From: Blasia pusilla
Taxonomy: Eukaryota
Length of the DNA stretch: 64,000 nt
NCBI GenBank assembly: GCA_050084515.1
Contig: CM114271.1
Coordinates: 22,878,001-22,942,000 of the forward strand
Direction of reading: 5' to 3'
Shown: positions 26,594-39,716 of the stretch, piece by piece
Position numbering within the stretch: position 1 is the stretch's first letter
Layout of the letters: each line of letters begins with the position of its first letter
The notes under the pieces: generated by a model
Told to the model about the DNA's origin: nothing
The model's database searches: none
Seen by the model: the letters and a program-made list of their open reading frames with translations, nothing else
Translations under genes and position numbers: made by a program

Positions 26594-29500
26594 TGTAGTG
26601 TATAACAAACTACTCAAATGACATAAGATATCTCATTTTTTAATAAATATACATATCTATATTATTATTGGAGAGTGTCCTTGTAGGGATGCCCTCCTCC
26701 TAATGACACGTGTTTTTTTGGGTCAATAGCCTTTTTGGGTCGTATTCTCCCTTTCGATTTTGAAACGCTTCCTACAATTCGGAGTTCAGATGCGTTTCAC
26801 CCATACGTAGAAAGGGTATCGACTAATGTATTATTATTGGAAAAGTCTCTTTCAATTTTGAAATTCTTCTCCTTTATAGAGGTCGTAATTATATTTAAGC
26901 CCAACTTATAATTACGACCTCTATAAGTTGGGCTTAAATATAATGCGTCGTAGGGACTGCGGCATGTCATTCTCTTGGATTCTGGATATGTAGGCACTCC
27001 ACGTGGACAACCAGTGTACCTGTTGGACCTGCATATTTCTATGGTAATAGGTTTGTTACGAAGCATCTTCTCTACCGTGCTTCCTTTGTGTGTGTTTGGC
27101 TTCCTTCGTGCACCAGGCTCGTGTACATGTCCATCTTTGTGCGAATTTTGTGCCTCGCGCATGAGAATGCGTTGCAGAGATTTTATAGCGCCATCGCTCT
27201 CGTGGTAATTCCTTCCATACAGACATGTTCCATCAATGCTACCAACTTGAGCCTACTTCAATTCGGTTTGACTCTACTCCAAAAGCCGTTAAGAATGTCC
27301 ATGGAGCCGTGCGCGATTTCTTTTCCATCTCCATTCCAAGTCTCCTCCTTCCTTGCTCCTCGCTCTTGTCATAGACTCTAGTTGTGCTTGATCCTATCAG
27401 CTGGTATTAACACATTTCCTCGCACTTTCGTAGTATCGGGCTTGCTTTCATGATTGTCGCAGTGTTCTTGCATACCGTCAGCTTGTTGTGCGTATTGTTG
27501 TGGTATTGAGTTTCATTTTGTGAGCACTGTTGTAGCGCTCTTGTATATTCTCAGCTTGCACAGCCATTTTCAAGGCTCTTCGTGTCGACGCTACGTTTCA
27601 CTAGATCTTCAGGTTCTTTCACTTTTTTAACTCCTTGTTTTGTTCCCTCTCCTGCATATTTAGTAGGAGCCCACAATTGTTTGGCTCCCTCTCGATTTCT
27701 TCTTTATTGGAGACCATTCTGGTGGTAATGTTCATTCCTGCACCATCCCCTTCAAATCCCCATACCCTTTCTCACTCGCTGTCTCGTGGTAAGAACACTT
27801 GGCTTCCACGCAAGTTTTGTCTTTGAGATTCGTCAATGATTCAGATTATATTTTGTAGAGTTGCCTCCAGTTTTTTCTCCATACATTGTGTTTTTTGAAT
27901 ACTCGTCTTTGTGTCTTCTTCTCGACTCGCTTCCTTTTCCAACTGGTGCACTATGTTTACTTTTGGCTAGCACATTTTTTATTCCTTAGTGCGCCTCGTG
28001 TACATTAGTACTATGGGCGAGATTCATTAGAACTTGTTCCAAGTGCTATCATCGCCCACATGGACTTGCATAAATTTTGCTCGGTCAATGTAACCCGCGG
28101 CCAACTCAATGTTGCCGTAGCCTCTCAAACCGAGTAACGGCAAGCAAACCTTGCTCAAGAAGTAAGAAGCTTTCTCTACCGCCTAATGGGCTATCGGTGT
28201 TAGATATTTGAACGGAAAACATCACTTGTGGAACCCTTCATGGTGGTTGCGCACAACAATAGTCAGTGAGATCGATCTTCATCTTGGTGGTGATGCAAAG
28301 TCTCTTTATTAACATGGTGTTCCAATTGATCTCTGATTAATCCAACAAGACTCTAGAGTTTTCCTCGGAGTTTTCTGGTTAGCTAGGCTTGTCCGATCCT
28401 GCTGCCCCACATTCCACCTCTCATCCAAGGAGTTTCACTCACCACTTCCTCGTGACTAAAGGTGTAGCATGCTATCAGAATCTCGAAAAATAATGCTCAT
28501 TTTTAAACACTTCAATCATAAAGCAGAGGAAATAGATGAGGCAAGGTCATGATCCCTACAATTTCTACGTTAACAAAGTTGGGGACCTTTCGCCTATCGA
28601 GAGACTTGAAGCCAACGCCATTCTTCTCACAATCTATTTCAGACATACTTCAGATGGAGCCGAAAAATATATTTGGAACATGAAAATTTGGGCACTCGAA
28701 TGATCATCCGTTTTCTTTCAGAAGTAGAGCTTCATATCTGTTTTTCTTCACTTCAATTGACGCAGGTCACACTTTCTTGTTGTTCTCCAATACCTTTAGG
28801 TGAGTTTTTCATCTTCTCTTTACAGTTCATCGTTATTGGCACTGGTCTTCTACATATTTATTGTCATTGGTCTCCATTATGAGAATTTGTTACTTCATGG
28901 GTTATGGTTAGGAATTTGGAAAGAATCTACCAGAGAAGGATTGTAAGTGATGCTCTCCGAGCTAACTTCTACCATTAGAGTAATCTTGTTATGATCAACC
29001 ATAATTTGAATGGGTCATTACCTTATTTATCATTCTTCAAATTGAATATCCCTTCCTCGCATTTCCACATGTACACCATAGTCCTGATTTTGTAATGTGA
29101 CTTGCGTTGCTCAAGCAACTCTACGTACTCTCTACCTAGGGTTCATCAGGTATCTGTCTCCACTTTCCATCTGTTGATATGATACATAAAACATGTCATA
29201 CCTTATGTGAAACTAATTTTGCAAAGAACTTCTCGTTTTCCATCTGTACACTTACTTTCATTCTTAGACCAAAACATACCATCCTTCCATGACATTGCGA
29301 TCTAGCACTCCATGTACTAGTATATATCCGAACTACATCCCTTATAAACGACATCCTATCATGATAACATGCCGGCCACTATCAATAGATTATTCTGCAC
29401 TTTTGACTTGCTAAAAAATACTTCTTTATCTAATGGCAGACTTATCAATCATGGACATTCAAGAATTATATACACTTACAACCAAAAACCGCAATTGTAC

Positions 29501-32500
29501 AGACTGAAATCCTATTCGGGGGTGTTTACTTTCTCTCCCTCAAGTTGAGTTTTCCATACTTACAGGCACCTTATCATTTTATGATGACACCATAACATTG
29601 CCAAAAGCAAACTCAATACCTCAAATTTTCTCTGGGGAATATCACACTACCCCAATTATTGTGGTATAAATGTTGAGAAATCAATGTCCACACGATCAAC
29701 TATTTTGCATGACCAAAAAGCTCAAGTCATATCCTACATGGCAGGCAGATCAGACACTTTATGTCAGTAAACTGCATTTAACAAGAATAATCTAAAACTT
29801 CACTGATTACGAATCTAGAGTAGAATTGCTTTGGATAAAAAACTTCAGTGCAAACCACACTATTACGATTGGGCTTTTTCCAGCCATTATCTTCTAAGAT
29901 AAAAAGAGATATGTGCAAAGACAATAAAACATATGCAATGTGGTGGTTATTGTGGCACTTTTCTTTATGTAATCCACGATCTAGGATATCTATAGTCCAA
30001 TCTACAATATACCCACCTTATGCATTATGTAGTGGATTCCTAAAAGAATATATCATACCATATCCACATCACTTCCATATTTGTGATTACTATAGCTCAA
30101 AACAGCCCTGCATTGATCTTAATGTTTAGATGACACCTGCATATATCAGAAAGATCCTTAGTGTTAATCCCCTCGAGCTTCAACTTATGTCTATTGTAGA
30201 CTCTAGGATAGGAATTGAGTCAAAATATAATGGGTTCCACAAAGGATTCTTATGTGTACCCTCCCTATTGGATTATCCCTTCATTTAATTCAACTAGAGT
30301 GGTTCAAAATCTGAACTTCAATCACCTATCCTAGATTCCATCAAGCAAATATTTTCAATAAATCTTTCAATAAATAAGCTCTACATGGATTACGAGGCCT
30401 TGATAGAATTACCCCAACCATCAATCTGGCTTAGTCATTCTCCCATCAACAACAGTCGAAAGAGTACTCAAATAATCTAAGGAAAAAGGCCAGATTATAC
30501 ATAGCATGAGCTACGACCCATACCATCATGAGTTAAATATTTTGCAAGATGTAGCTTACTCACTTCCTTTTCAGAAACGTTCTTCAATTGATATCTTGGA
30601 CAATGGTAGCCTTTATTTACATCAAAAATCATTTGCAAGAGAAAATCTTCTCACAGATATTTCTGGTACCTCTTTGGACTCTCACCTCACGATAGAGACA
30701 AGTTTATCTCCTTTTTATTTCCATACTGTGAGGATATTTGTCAGGTAAACTCCTCATTTGTAGATTATATGCAGAGTCGCTCAAAGCAATTATTTAGCAT
30801 ATTTTCTCCTTATAAGTCTTACTCTCTTCTGATGCATCAATTGAGAAATCGATAGCCATATGTTCAAGTAGTAGAACTTTCATTCTTACTCGAGAATTAT
30901 GTAAGCTAAGAAGAGAAAGACTACATCTTCTAGAGGAAGATTTATATTATTATTTATCTAAATATTCAATAAGCCCACAACTTCTTGGAAGTCTTGTTTG
31001 ACATCGTCACCATCTTCAGGACTTGAAGGCAATGGTACATAAGTGAGGTTTGCCTCATTTTTTATTGACTTTCATGTTTGATAAAGTTTCACCAACTAGA
31101 TGGCCTGAATTCAATGATATTGAAGTCCTCTTAAAAGTTTTCAACCCTATATTTTCTTGGCGTGATGGTCTGGCTAAATGTGCGCAATTGTTCCATTCAA
31201 GATTACATTCTAGCCTGCAACAATTCATCCTAGGTAGACTCCATGTACTTGGTAAAGTTGTTAACTATTTACTAAGGTATGAGTTACAAGGAAGAGGTAG
31301 CCTTCGTTGTCACATGGTACTCTAGATAGACACGACCACTTTAGACAGAGTTACGTTAGAGAGCTGCCCATACATTCCCTCTAATGTAAATACTTCTAAA
31401 TATCTTATCTACGTCATCAGAAAGTACTTCCTTTGCTCATGACACGTTGCTACAATACGTAGTGACAAAAAAATTACATAAGTGTAGGCAAGGTGTATGT
31501 CTTATTAATAAAAGGAATCATAAACCTTACTGTAGGCTAGGCTTCCTTGCCCCACCAAACCTTAATCCAATACCTTATGTTGAGCCTAAAACCATGAGGT
31601 GGACTTACTTCCGTCCTTCCCTAAAACATCGTAATGTCATACCATACCACCCACTTTTGTTACTCCTATGGGGAGCTCACATGAACATACATCGTGTCAC
31701 CAGTATTGATTGGTCATTCTATTTTCTAAAGTATGCATTAAAATCAGAGCCAACATGGTCACTAGATATTGATACACAAGCTGCTAAGTGTTTGGGTCTT
31801 GGTGGCATTGATGAAATAAAGTTGAAGTTAATTTGTGGTGTATTACTAAATAAGTTTGTATCATCCATAATAGTTTTACTAACATCCACGTAGATCCCCA
31901 TTATATACCATTCTCAAGAAGTGCATTACGTTGACTCTAACCCTCCATGTCAGCGCAATTCCCTCTACGGAAATGCTTCAGTTCCTTGCATCCACCCAAT
32001 CGTGATGTACTCAAACAAACCCATACGTCTGGGAAAAATTACTTTCATTTAGTATTGGTCTCTTTATGAATTACACAAATCCTACACTAAAAGCACCAAT
32101 GTTGTTCTTGGCCTAGAAAATTTAGGTAATGTTGTTTGTAAGACAAATAGAGTCGTTCGCTTCACTGAGTTTCATCTTCTCCACCAATGGAGATAGTTCT
32201 TTTATTCAATTTTATTGTATCACGTCCACTTCAGGTCTGACGCTGAACTTCTATCTTCTTCCCATGACAATTGGACCTACTTACATGAATATATGCATAG
32301 AAAGATTATAGTCAGCATTGAAGATGTATATACATTAGTTAAAACTCAGGCCATAAAAATCTCTGGGATCAAGTGCATGTAGCTTACATTCTTGCTAAAG
32401 TAACTAATGTGTTACAACCTGAACTGAATAAAGATATATATTGCTGAATTTTTGAATCAAGCATCTTCAAAAACTCTTTGTTATCATAGCCAGAATGTAT

Positions 32501-33791
32501 TCATCCACATGAACCATATTTGCAATCCTTGAATGATGAACAATTGCAACTTTTTTCCCAACTCAAGGACTTACGTTGTGGCCTAGTTCTCCTTAAAGGT
32601 TCTCTTGGCTGTGGAAGAACTTTCTTCATCAAGTTCATATATAGTTACTGGAAGGCTTCTAGCATGTGTCCAATTCTCAACTATTGTAGCCGAACTACTA
32701 CAATAGTTGTTCGGCTATATTTTGAAGCTACCACTGTTCATTTTGCTTTTGCAATACCAATTAGAGGTGACTTATCTAACATGCATGATGCTTCTGAAAA
32801 TTATATCATGCTCAAATCATCACAAATAGTTGTTACAGATGAATGTTCTCTGCTTACCACAAAACTTCTTCAAGTTTTGGCAATGCGACTTAATGAAGCC
32901 TGCTGTGCAAAGTATGAAACTCCATTTGCAAACAAGCTAGTTATATTGGTAGGAGACTTCTATCAGATACCACCAATTTGTAACCAGCCCTCTTCTCCTT
33001 CTTGTGCTAGCTGCCAGATAAGTTCATCTACATTCTTTCACAATATTCCAACCTTTGAGCTCACTATGCCTATGAGGCACAGTGATGATCCTCATTATCT
33101 TGCATTTCTCAACTCTGTAAGGGAAAAGATACCTACCGCTACAAAAATAGATCATTGCCTTTCATATCGTTTTGTCTCTAAAGACCAGGCTCTAGACTTT
33201 GTTCATTCTGACACAATAATTATTTGCACAATGGTTGCACAAAAGCGGACAAGTCCTTCCTTAAAACGGACAAGTGTGGACATGTCCATGGACATGGGTT
33301 CTAAGAGGTGGGACCCACACTTATATTCCATGATGGAAGGCAAGACAAGGATGAGTGGAGCAATGAGGGAAGAGGGACTGGAGGTGGAGTAGGGAAGAGG
33401 CAAGGGAGTATGGAACACAAAGGCAAGTAAGGGTAATGAGAAAGAAGGGAAACGTGGGGCCCAAGGCTCGGTCAGTATCGACAACCTTTGGAAAGGCTCC
33501 CGGCAGAATTTTGGAATTTACGAGGAGCTGACAAAGGCATTGGGAGAGGAACTGGATGCAAAACGTGATACGTCAGGTATTGCCAGGGTGCGTTTAGCCT
33601 TCCTATGGGGCATCGGGGACTCGAGGTAACCAGGTTAGGGTTACAAGGTAACGGGGTTAGGGCCATAATAGGGCCCTTAGGTTAAGTTAGGTGTCATCGG
33701 GGCGACTGTGCTAGTGCAGGCAGCGCGAGCTGCGGAGTCTCAAGACTCAGGGGAGGCCCCGGAGGGTATTCTCTTAGTCTAGGTGATCAAT

Positions 33792-33793
<2 letters not shown>

Positions 33794-33873
<80 letters not shown>
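33794..33873. repeat. (TC)40 microsatellite, LINE left flank
   Basis: Read directly. Confidence 0.98.
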
Positions 33874-33876
<3 letters not shown>

Positions 33877-36800
33877 GGCTTTCAGGCCAACCAGATGTTG
33901 GCATGGAATATAATGATGCAGGGAGCAAAAGAAGAGCTGGGCAGATGGATGTCCAGCAAGGAATCGAACCTCCTTGAATGGACGGCTCAAAAGACAACTC
34001 TGGAATTAGAGATGGTCGCTTTGAGGGGTGAAAACATGCAATTGAAGAAGGACTTAGCTGCCTACTTCAAAGAGGATAACACTCAGCTTGGGAAAGCAAT
34101 GCAAGAGTACCGTGTAACTGGGAATAGCCCAGCAAATCCTGTTAGAACCTGGACTCAAGTAGTGGGCAAGCACACAACCACAACACAAATCACGGAGGTT
34201 GCAACACAGGTAGCCAAAGAGGTAGCAAAAGAGGAAGCTGATAGGGTCCTAGAAATCCAGGATAGGAAAACCAGAGAACTCAATTTAGTTATCATGGGAC
34301 TGCATTTTTCCAAGGAAGAAGATTGTAACTCAGTTTTGCAAGAGAAGGTCTTCACAACTCTCGGGGTCACACCAACAGTCACCTTCACAAGGATCAGACT
34401 TGGGAAAGGAACAGGGGACCGACCAGCACCAATGTTGGTACAATTTGAACCCTCACAACGGGGACCAGCGATGGAAATGAGGTTGGCCATCCTCCGTAGT
34501 AAAGCAGTCCTGAAAGAATCTGGTATCCCGTATCTTCCCAGATCTGACCACCAAGCAAAGAGCAGCACTCCCTATTGAAAGGGAGAAGGTTCGGCTGCCC
34601 ACAACAACGGTCTTTGGAGTGAACTCAGGGAAGGAAAGGCCACGACACCAGTACCTAGGAGCAACAAAAATTCCGCACCAACACGACAAACATGAGGGGC
34701 AATGAGCGAAAACTCGGATTCCAACCAGGGAATTAGCAATTATACAACTCGGAACCAGGACTTGGAGGTGACAAACCTACATGACAAGACCTTCCTATAG
34801 GGAATGGAGGATGGGAAGGATATTACCAACCCATCCATTGCAGTTTTTCACAATTGTGGAGGACCATTCGGTCCAGAGGCAATGGCATTACATATCTGGG
34901 CACAAAAATGGACCTTATCTTTTTCTTTGAAACACATGAGCATTAATCCAACCGCATTCCCAACACGAGAGGACTTCCGGTTTTGCTACCCACAACCCAC
35001 TCACCAACAAAAGCAAAGGATACGGTGGCACGACATGCTTGGTAGCACCATGTTTACAACCTTTTGTCTCCATAGCCAACATTGATGAGGAGAACACTTC
35101 CTCTGGATCAAGGTCAACAAAGAAGTGGGGTTACCGAAAGATCTCCTCATTCTTTGTTTGCTACCCCAGTCCCACTTGTGCTCAAAAGAGAATTCTCGTA
35201 TGAGGCTCTCTCTACATCTATTGAGCACCACATGCACAAGGGAAATATCCTCCTAGTAGGAGATTTCAACGGGAGAACGGCCAACACTCAAGCTCCAATC
35301 TACATGTCAAACAACACCAACGGAAGGGATTGATACTCGTCGGCTGATGGGTCTCTCAGAGAAGTATTCTTCCCACACATACAAGCGCAAGAATCCAAAG
35401 TGGACAAAAAAAAAAACAGCCAATGGAGAGAAACTTCTCCAACTTTGCTCAACACATTTTTGGTACTCGCCAATGGCATGGCTATGTGGCCCACGATCAG
35501 AGGTCGCACTTCCATTGGACACTCGACTCCAACAGAGAAACCTTGATATCGGTGGTTGACTACCTGATTGGGAAGTACATCAACTACCACATCTGGTTGC
35601 CAATGTGCAGGTCATACTCGTTCTAGAATCTGATCATGAACCACTCTACTTTGACATCATGGTCTCCAAAAGCATCCCAGAGGCTGCAGAAAAATTAACC
35701 CTGCCGACCAAATGTCGATACACTTTCCTTCAGGAAAAGAAAGATGAACTCGTCACACTCGTCAACAAGGCTCTTACAGAGTGCTCACCCACAAGTGAAC
35801 ACGACCGAGTTCGGCGACATCCTACATCAATGTTGCAGAAAAGTCCTACCTTTCCAACTGTCTGGAGGCAAACACATTAGATCCACTTCTACGTTCTTCT
35901 CCCAACCCTGGTTTGACAAGGACTACAAAGAGGCCCGCATGGAGCTGAATCATTGGCTGAGGGAGGATCCACACTCTCGACACACTCGATTATTGCAGAA
36001 AACTTACAAACGATTGGTACGTAGGAAGAAACACAAATACATTGCCATCAAGATCACGAGTTCACGAGCGGATGAAATACCAATCGGCCAAATTCTGGAG
36101 AATACTCGGGAATAGAGAGAACATCATTCCACTCCGGGATCTACACATCTGGACCACATATGGTACCCAACTTTACCACTCCAACATTGCCGCTCCCACC
36201 AACCCCTGGCCGAATGGGCTTCAGGATCTACCGAACCTCTTCACCATTGACGATGTCACATCAGGAATCAAAGGCTACATAACAAACCGGAGGATGGCCG
36301 GGATGCCATGCTCAAATGTTCAAATTCGCAAGTGAGGCAATTGGCCCAACCCTCACCAGAGTGTTCAATCTTGCAGTTCAACAGGACTTCCCACGAATGG
36401 CAAATGAATACGATCTACCCACTCTTCAAGGTGGAGACCCAATGATACCATCCAACTCTAAGCGATCATGGTGAGTTCACTCATGGCCAAGTTGTATGGG
36501 CTACTGCTGGAAAGGAAAATCAGCGATCGGCTAAAGAAAAGAAGGTTGAGCCAGGAGGACAAGCAGGTTTCGACACTCATAGCACCCTCGATCACCTTCT
36601 CGCACTCGGTCACTGATTGAAGACACTTCCAAGTCGAGAATTGGTCACAAGCCTAGTAAATTGTTCTGCTTTGTTTTGTAGACTTCAAGAAGGCCTTTGA
36701 CACAGTCCCAAGGGCTCCTTTGAAACGACTTGAAGAGTTGGGTGTCCCACCACAACAACTTACAGCGATCAAGGTCTTATATGCACAGTGTTTGCACAGA

Positions 36801-38313
36801 TTGCCACTAAGAGGGGCAGATCTGAAACTTTATCTTCCAACACGAAGTCAAACAAGGATGCCCCCTCTAACCTACATTGTTTGGGCTCTATATTGTGAAC
36901 TTGAAGAGGTGCTTTCGGAGTGAATGGAGATCCACGAGCTAGCACACGCCTCATCCCCCTGCTCATGTATGCAAATGATATAGTTATGATGTCTAGAAAA
37001 AGACATGGGCTCCAACTTTACCTGAATGCACTTTCAAGCTTGTGCAACAAATCGGGCATGGAAGTCAACTTGCTGAAAACGAAGATAATCATCTTTGGAT
37101 CACGGCTCCCTATGGTGCGGTCACACACTTTCATCTTGCCAGGGAATGAGAAGGGAGATCATTGAGATTGTGGGTGAGTACATATACCAGGGGTGCAACT
37201 CAAACCCAACAACCAATGGAGAGCCAATGGGAGTCGTAACAAGATCAATGCAGGCTTGAGGGTCTACACTGCTACAATCCAATTGCGAGAAGAATAGAAA
37301 GCGTGGCATATTCCACGAAACTCCATCTCTTCAAAGCTTTGGTGATCCCAACCACACTCTATGCATCTGAAGTGTGGGGCCCGAGCTCAAGGCTTGGCCC
37401 TGGGCCTTGAGGCCCCAGTAAAAACTCTTCATGCGTCGAGTCCGGGCATTAGAAAACCACTCCCCACAACATTCTATTGGTTGAGTTTGGGAGGTACTAA
37501 TGGAGATCCATGATGTTAAGAATCTGATCATATTTCTCCAACACCTTGAGGATATCTGCGAGGGCGATCCCAATCGTCTATCCGCCAAGGCCTACGTGGT
37601 TTCAAAAGTAGTGCCACCCTTGGGGCTAAAAATTGGTACTATGACGCACGGAGTGGCTCATGAAATGGGGAATATCCATCGGTGACGCCTACCGCCACCC
37701 ACCAGGACCTTGCTGAACAATTACACAACAACTACATTGCCATCAATGGGGCCGACACGGCGCCCTGGGAAAGCAGGGGAATTCCTCTCACAAAAATGGT
37801 GAAAGAATGAGGCGCTACCACACCCTCATGAACAATCTGCAGATCCATGCAAAGCAAGCCTCCTATATCTCGCCCCATTCCCACTAAGTTACGTCATACA
37901 TTAGCGAGATTCAGATGTGGCTCTACTGACTTGGAGATTGAGAAAGGGAAATTCTCATAGAAGAAAAGAGAGGACAGATTATGTAGATTTTGCAACTCGG
38001 GGCTTGTTGATGATGAATATCACTACCTCTTCGACTGCACCTTTCACGATCACATTAGGCTTGACTTCCCGGATCTCTTTGTTCACCGAGCCCTGGGTCC
38101 TCCCGTTCATGACTAGGCAAGAATCAGACTCAGTTGCTAAATTCTTGCATAGTTGTGTGAAGACCAGGGACACTCACCTTGCTCTGAGGACCCCTTAGGC
38201 CCTAGCTGGTGCTTGCTCTCTCTCCAAATTTATTGTTAAGTGTCAAAACTAAGTCCCATGGCCCTGTGGGGTCCCCGTGGACAATAAACCTATTCATTCA
38301 TTCATTCATTCAT

Positions 38314-38316
<3 letters not shown>
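33874..38316 (+). mobile_element. LINE retrotransposon (ORF1 + APE-RT-CCHC), RTEX-like, degenerate
   Basis: ORF1 to 34578 (coiled coil, RELNLVIMGL). APE motifs LVGDFNGRT and ESDHEPL; RT motifs VDFKKAFDTV, QGCPL and LMYANDIV; C-terminal RLCRFC..DDEYHYLFDC. AATAAA at 38283 followed by an (ATTC)n tail. Confidence 0.9.

Positions 38317-38386
<70 letters not shown>
38317..38386. repeat. (TC)35 microsatellite, LINE right flank
   Basis: Read directly. Confidence 0.98.
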
Positions 38387-38390
<4 letters not shown>

Positions 38391-39450
38391 CGACTCTCTC
38401 GTTCGTATCCTTGGATTCCCTTCGTCCGAACTTTGAGTTTGAAGATCCGCACTCTGCAATCCTCTATGTGCACAAAACTTTTTTCATCACTTATTTTAAG
38501 TGCCATTGCTTATTTTTGTATCTGTTGTACGTGTTGCAAGCTAGCAAGGTGCTCAATACGGCCATTTCTACAGTCTTATGTTAGCACCAAGGGTGAGGCC
38601 GTAGGCACTTAGGTGGCGCATGAGACCGGAAATTGAGTGGAGTCTTGTATCATAGCAACTCATTGTTTGTGTCCTTGTATTCTCTTCATCCAAACTTTGA
38701 GTTTGAATATCCACACTCTGTAATCCTCACTATGCATACAACTTCGTTTCATTAGTTCTTTTAAAGTGCCATTGCTTATTTGCATATTAGTTGTATGTGT
38801 TGCAAGCTAGCAAGGAGTTCAAAATGGCCATTGTTGCAATATTATGTGAGCACCAAGGGTGAGGCCGTGGGCACTTAGGTGGCCCATGAGACTTGAGATT
38901 GAGTGGAGTCTTGTATCATAGCGACTCACTGTTTGTGTCCTTGTATTCTCTTCATCCAAACTTTGAGTTTGAATATCCACACTCTGTAATCCTCACTATG
39001 CATACAACTTCGTTTCACTAGTTCTTTTAAAGTGCCATTTCTTATTTGCGTATTAGTTGTATGTGTTGCAAGCCAGCAAGGAGTTCAAAATGGCCATTGC
39101 TACAGTATTATGTGAGCACCAAGGGTGCGGCCGTGGGCCATTTGGTGGCGCATGAGACCTGAAGTTGAGTCTTGTCTCGTCTTGTAGTGACTGATTGTTC
39201 ATGCCCTTGTATTCTCTTCGTCCAAACTGGATTCTCTTTATCTAATTTTTGAGTTTGAATATCAGCACTCTGCAATCCTCACTATGCACACAACTTTGTT
39301 TCATCAGTTCTTTTAAACTGCCATTGCTCATTTGCGTATCAGTTGTATGTGTTGCAAGCTAGCAAGGAGTTCAATATGGGCCTCTCTGTAGTATTATGTG
39401 AGCACCAAGGGTGGGGCCGTGGGCACTTAGGTATTAGCGCATGAGATCTC
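38386..39450. repeat. Tandem repeat, ~265 bp x 4, inside hAT upstream of the transposase
   Basis: Units start near 38386, 38651, 38917 and 39184 (tagcgact..tttgagtttgaa..gttgcaagctagcaagg..gcaccaagggtg..gcatgaga). Confidence 0.92.
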
Positions 39451-39716
39451 AATGCATTTTTGGTCATTTGGTGTTGTTGCATAATACTTACATTCGTTAG
39501 TGAGTGTGGCTACATGGTGCGGCCACGGGAGTCCTGAAATCAACGACTTGGTGCTACATTGCTGATATACTCTACTTCCTTGTGAGTATTTTAGTTGCAA
39601 TATGGATTCCATGAGGAGTCGTTTGTGACACTTTCTTCCATACTCTAAACCCATTCTCCCTAGTAAGACTCCCTTTAGATTGTTACACTCCAAGGAGATT
39701 TGCTGCCTTTTTTTTA

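Noticed and set aside
33779-33997. ORFs with poly-ER / poly-SL tracts (also 38209-38506)
   Set aside because: Translations of (TC)n microsatellites, not proteins.
38386-39450. Possible CRISPR-like array
   Set aside because: Units are ~265 bp and similar along their whole length, with no unique spacers or cas genes; eukaryotic context.
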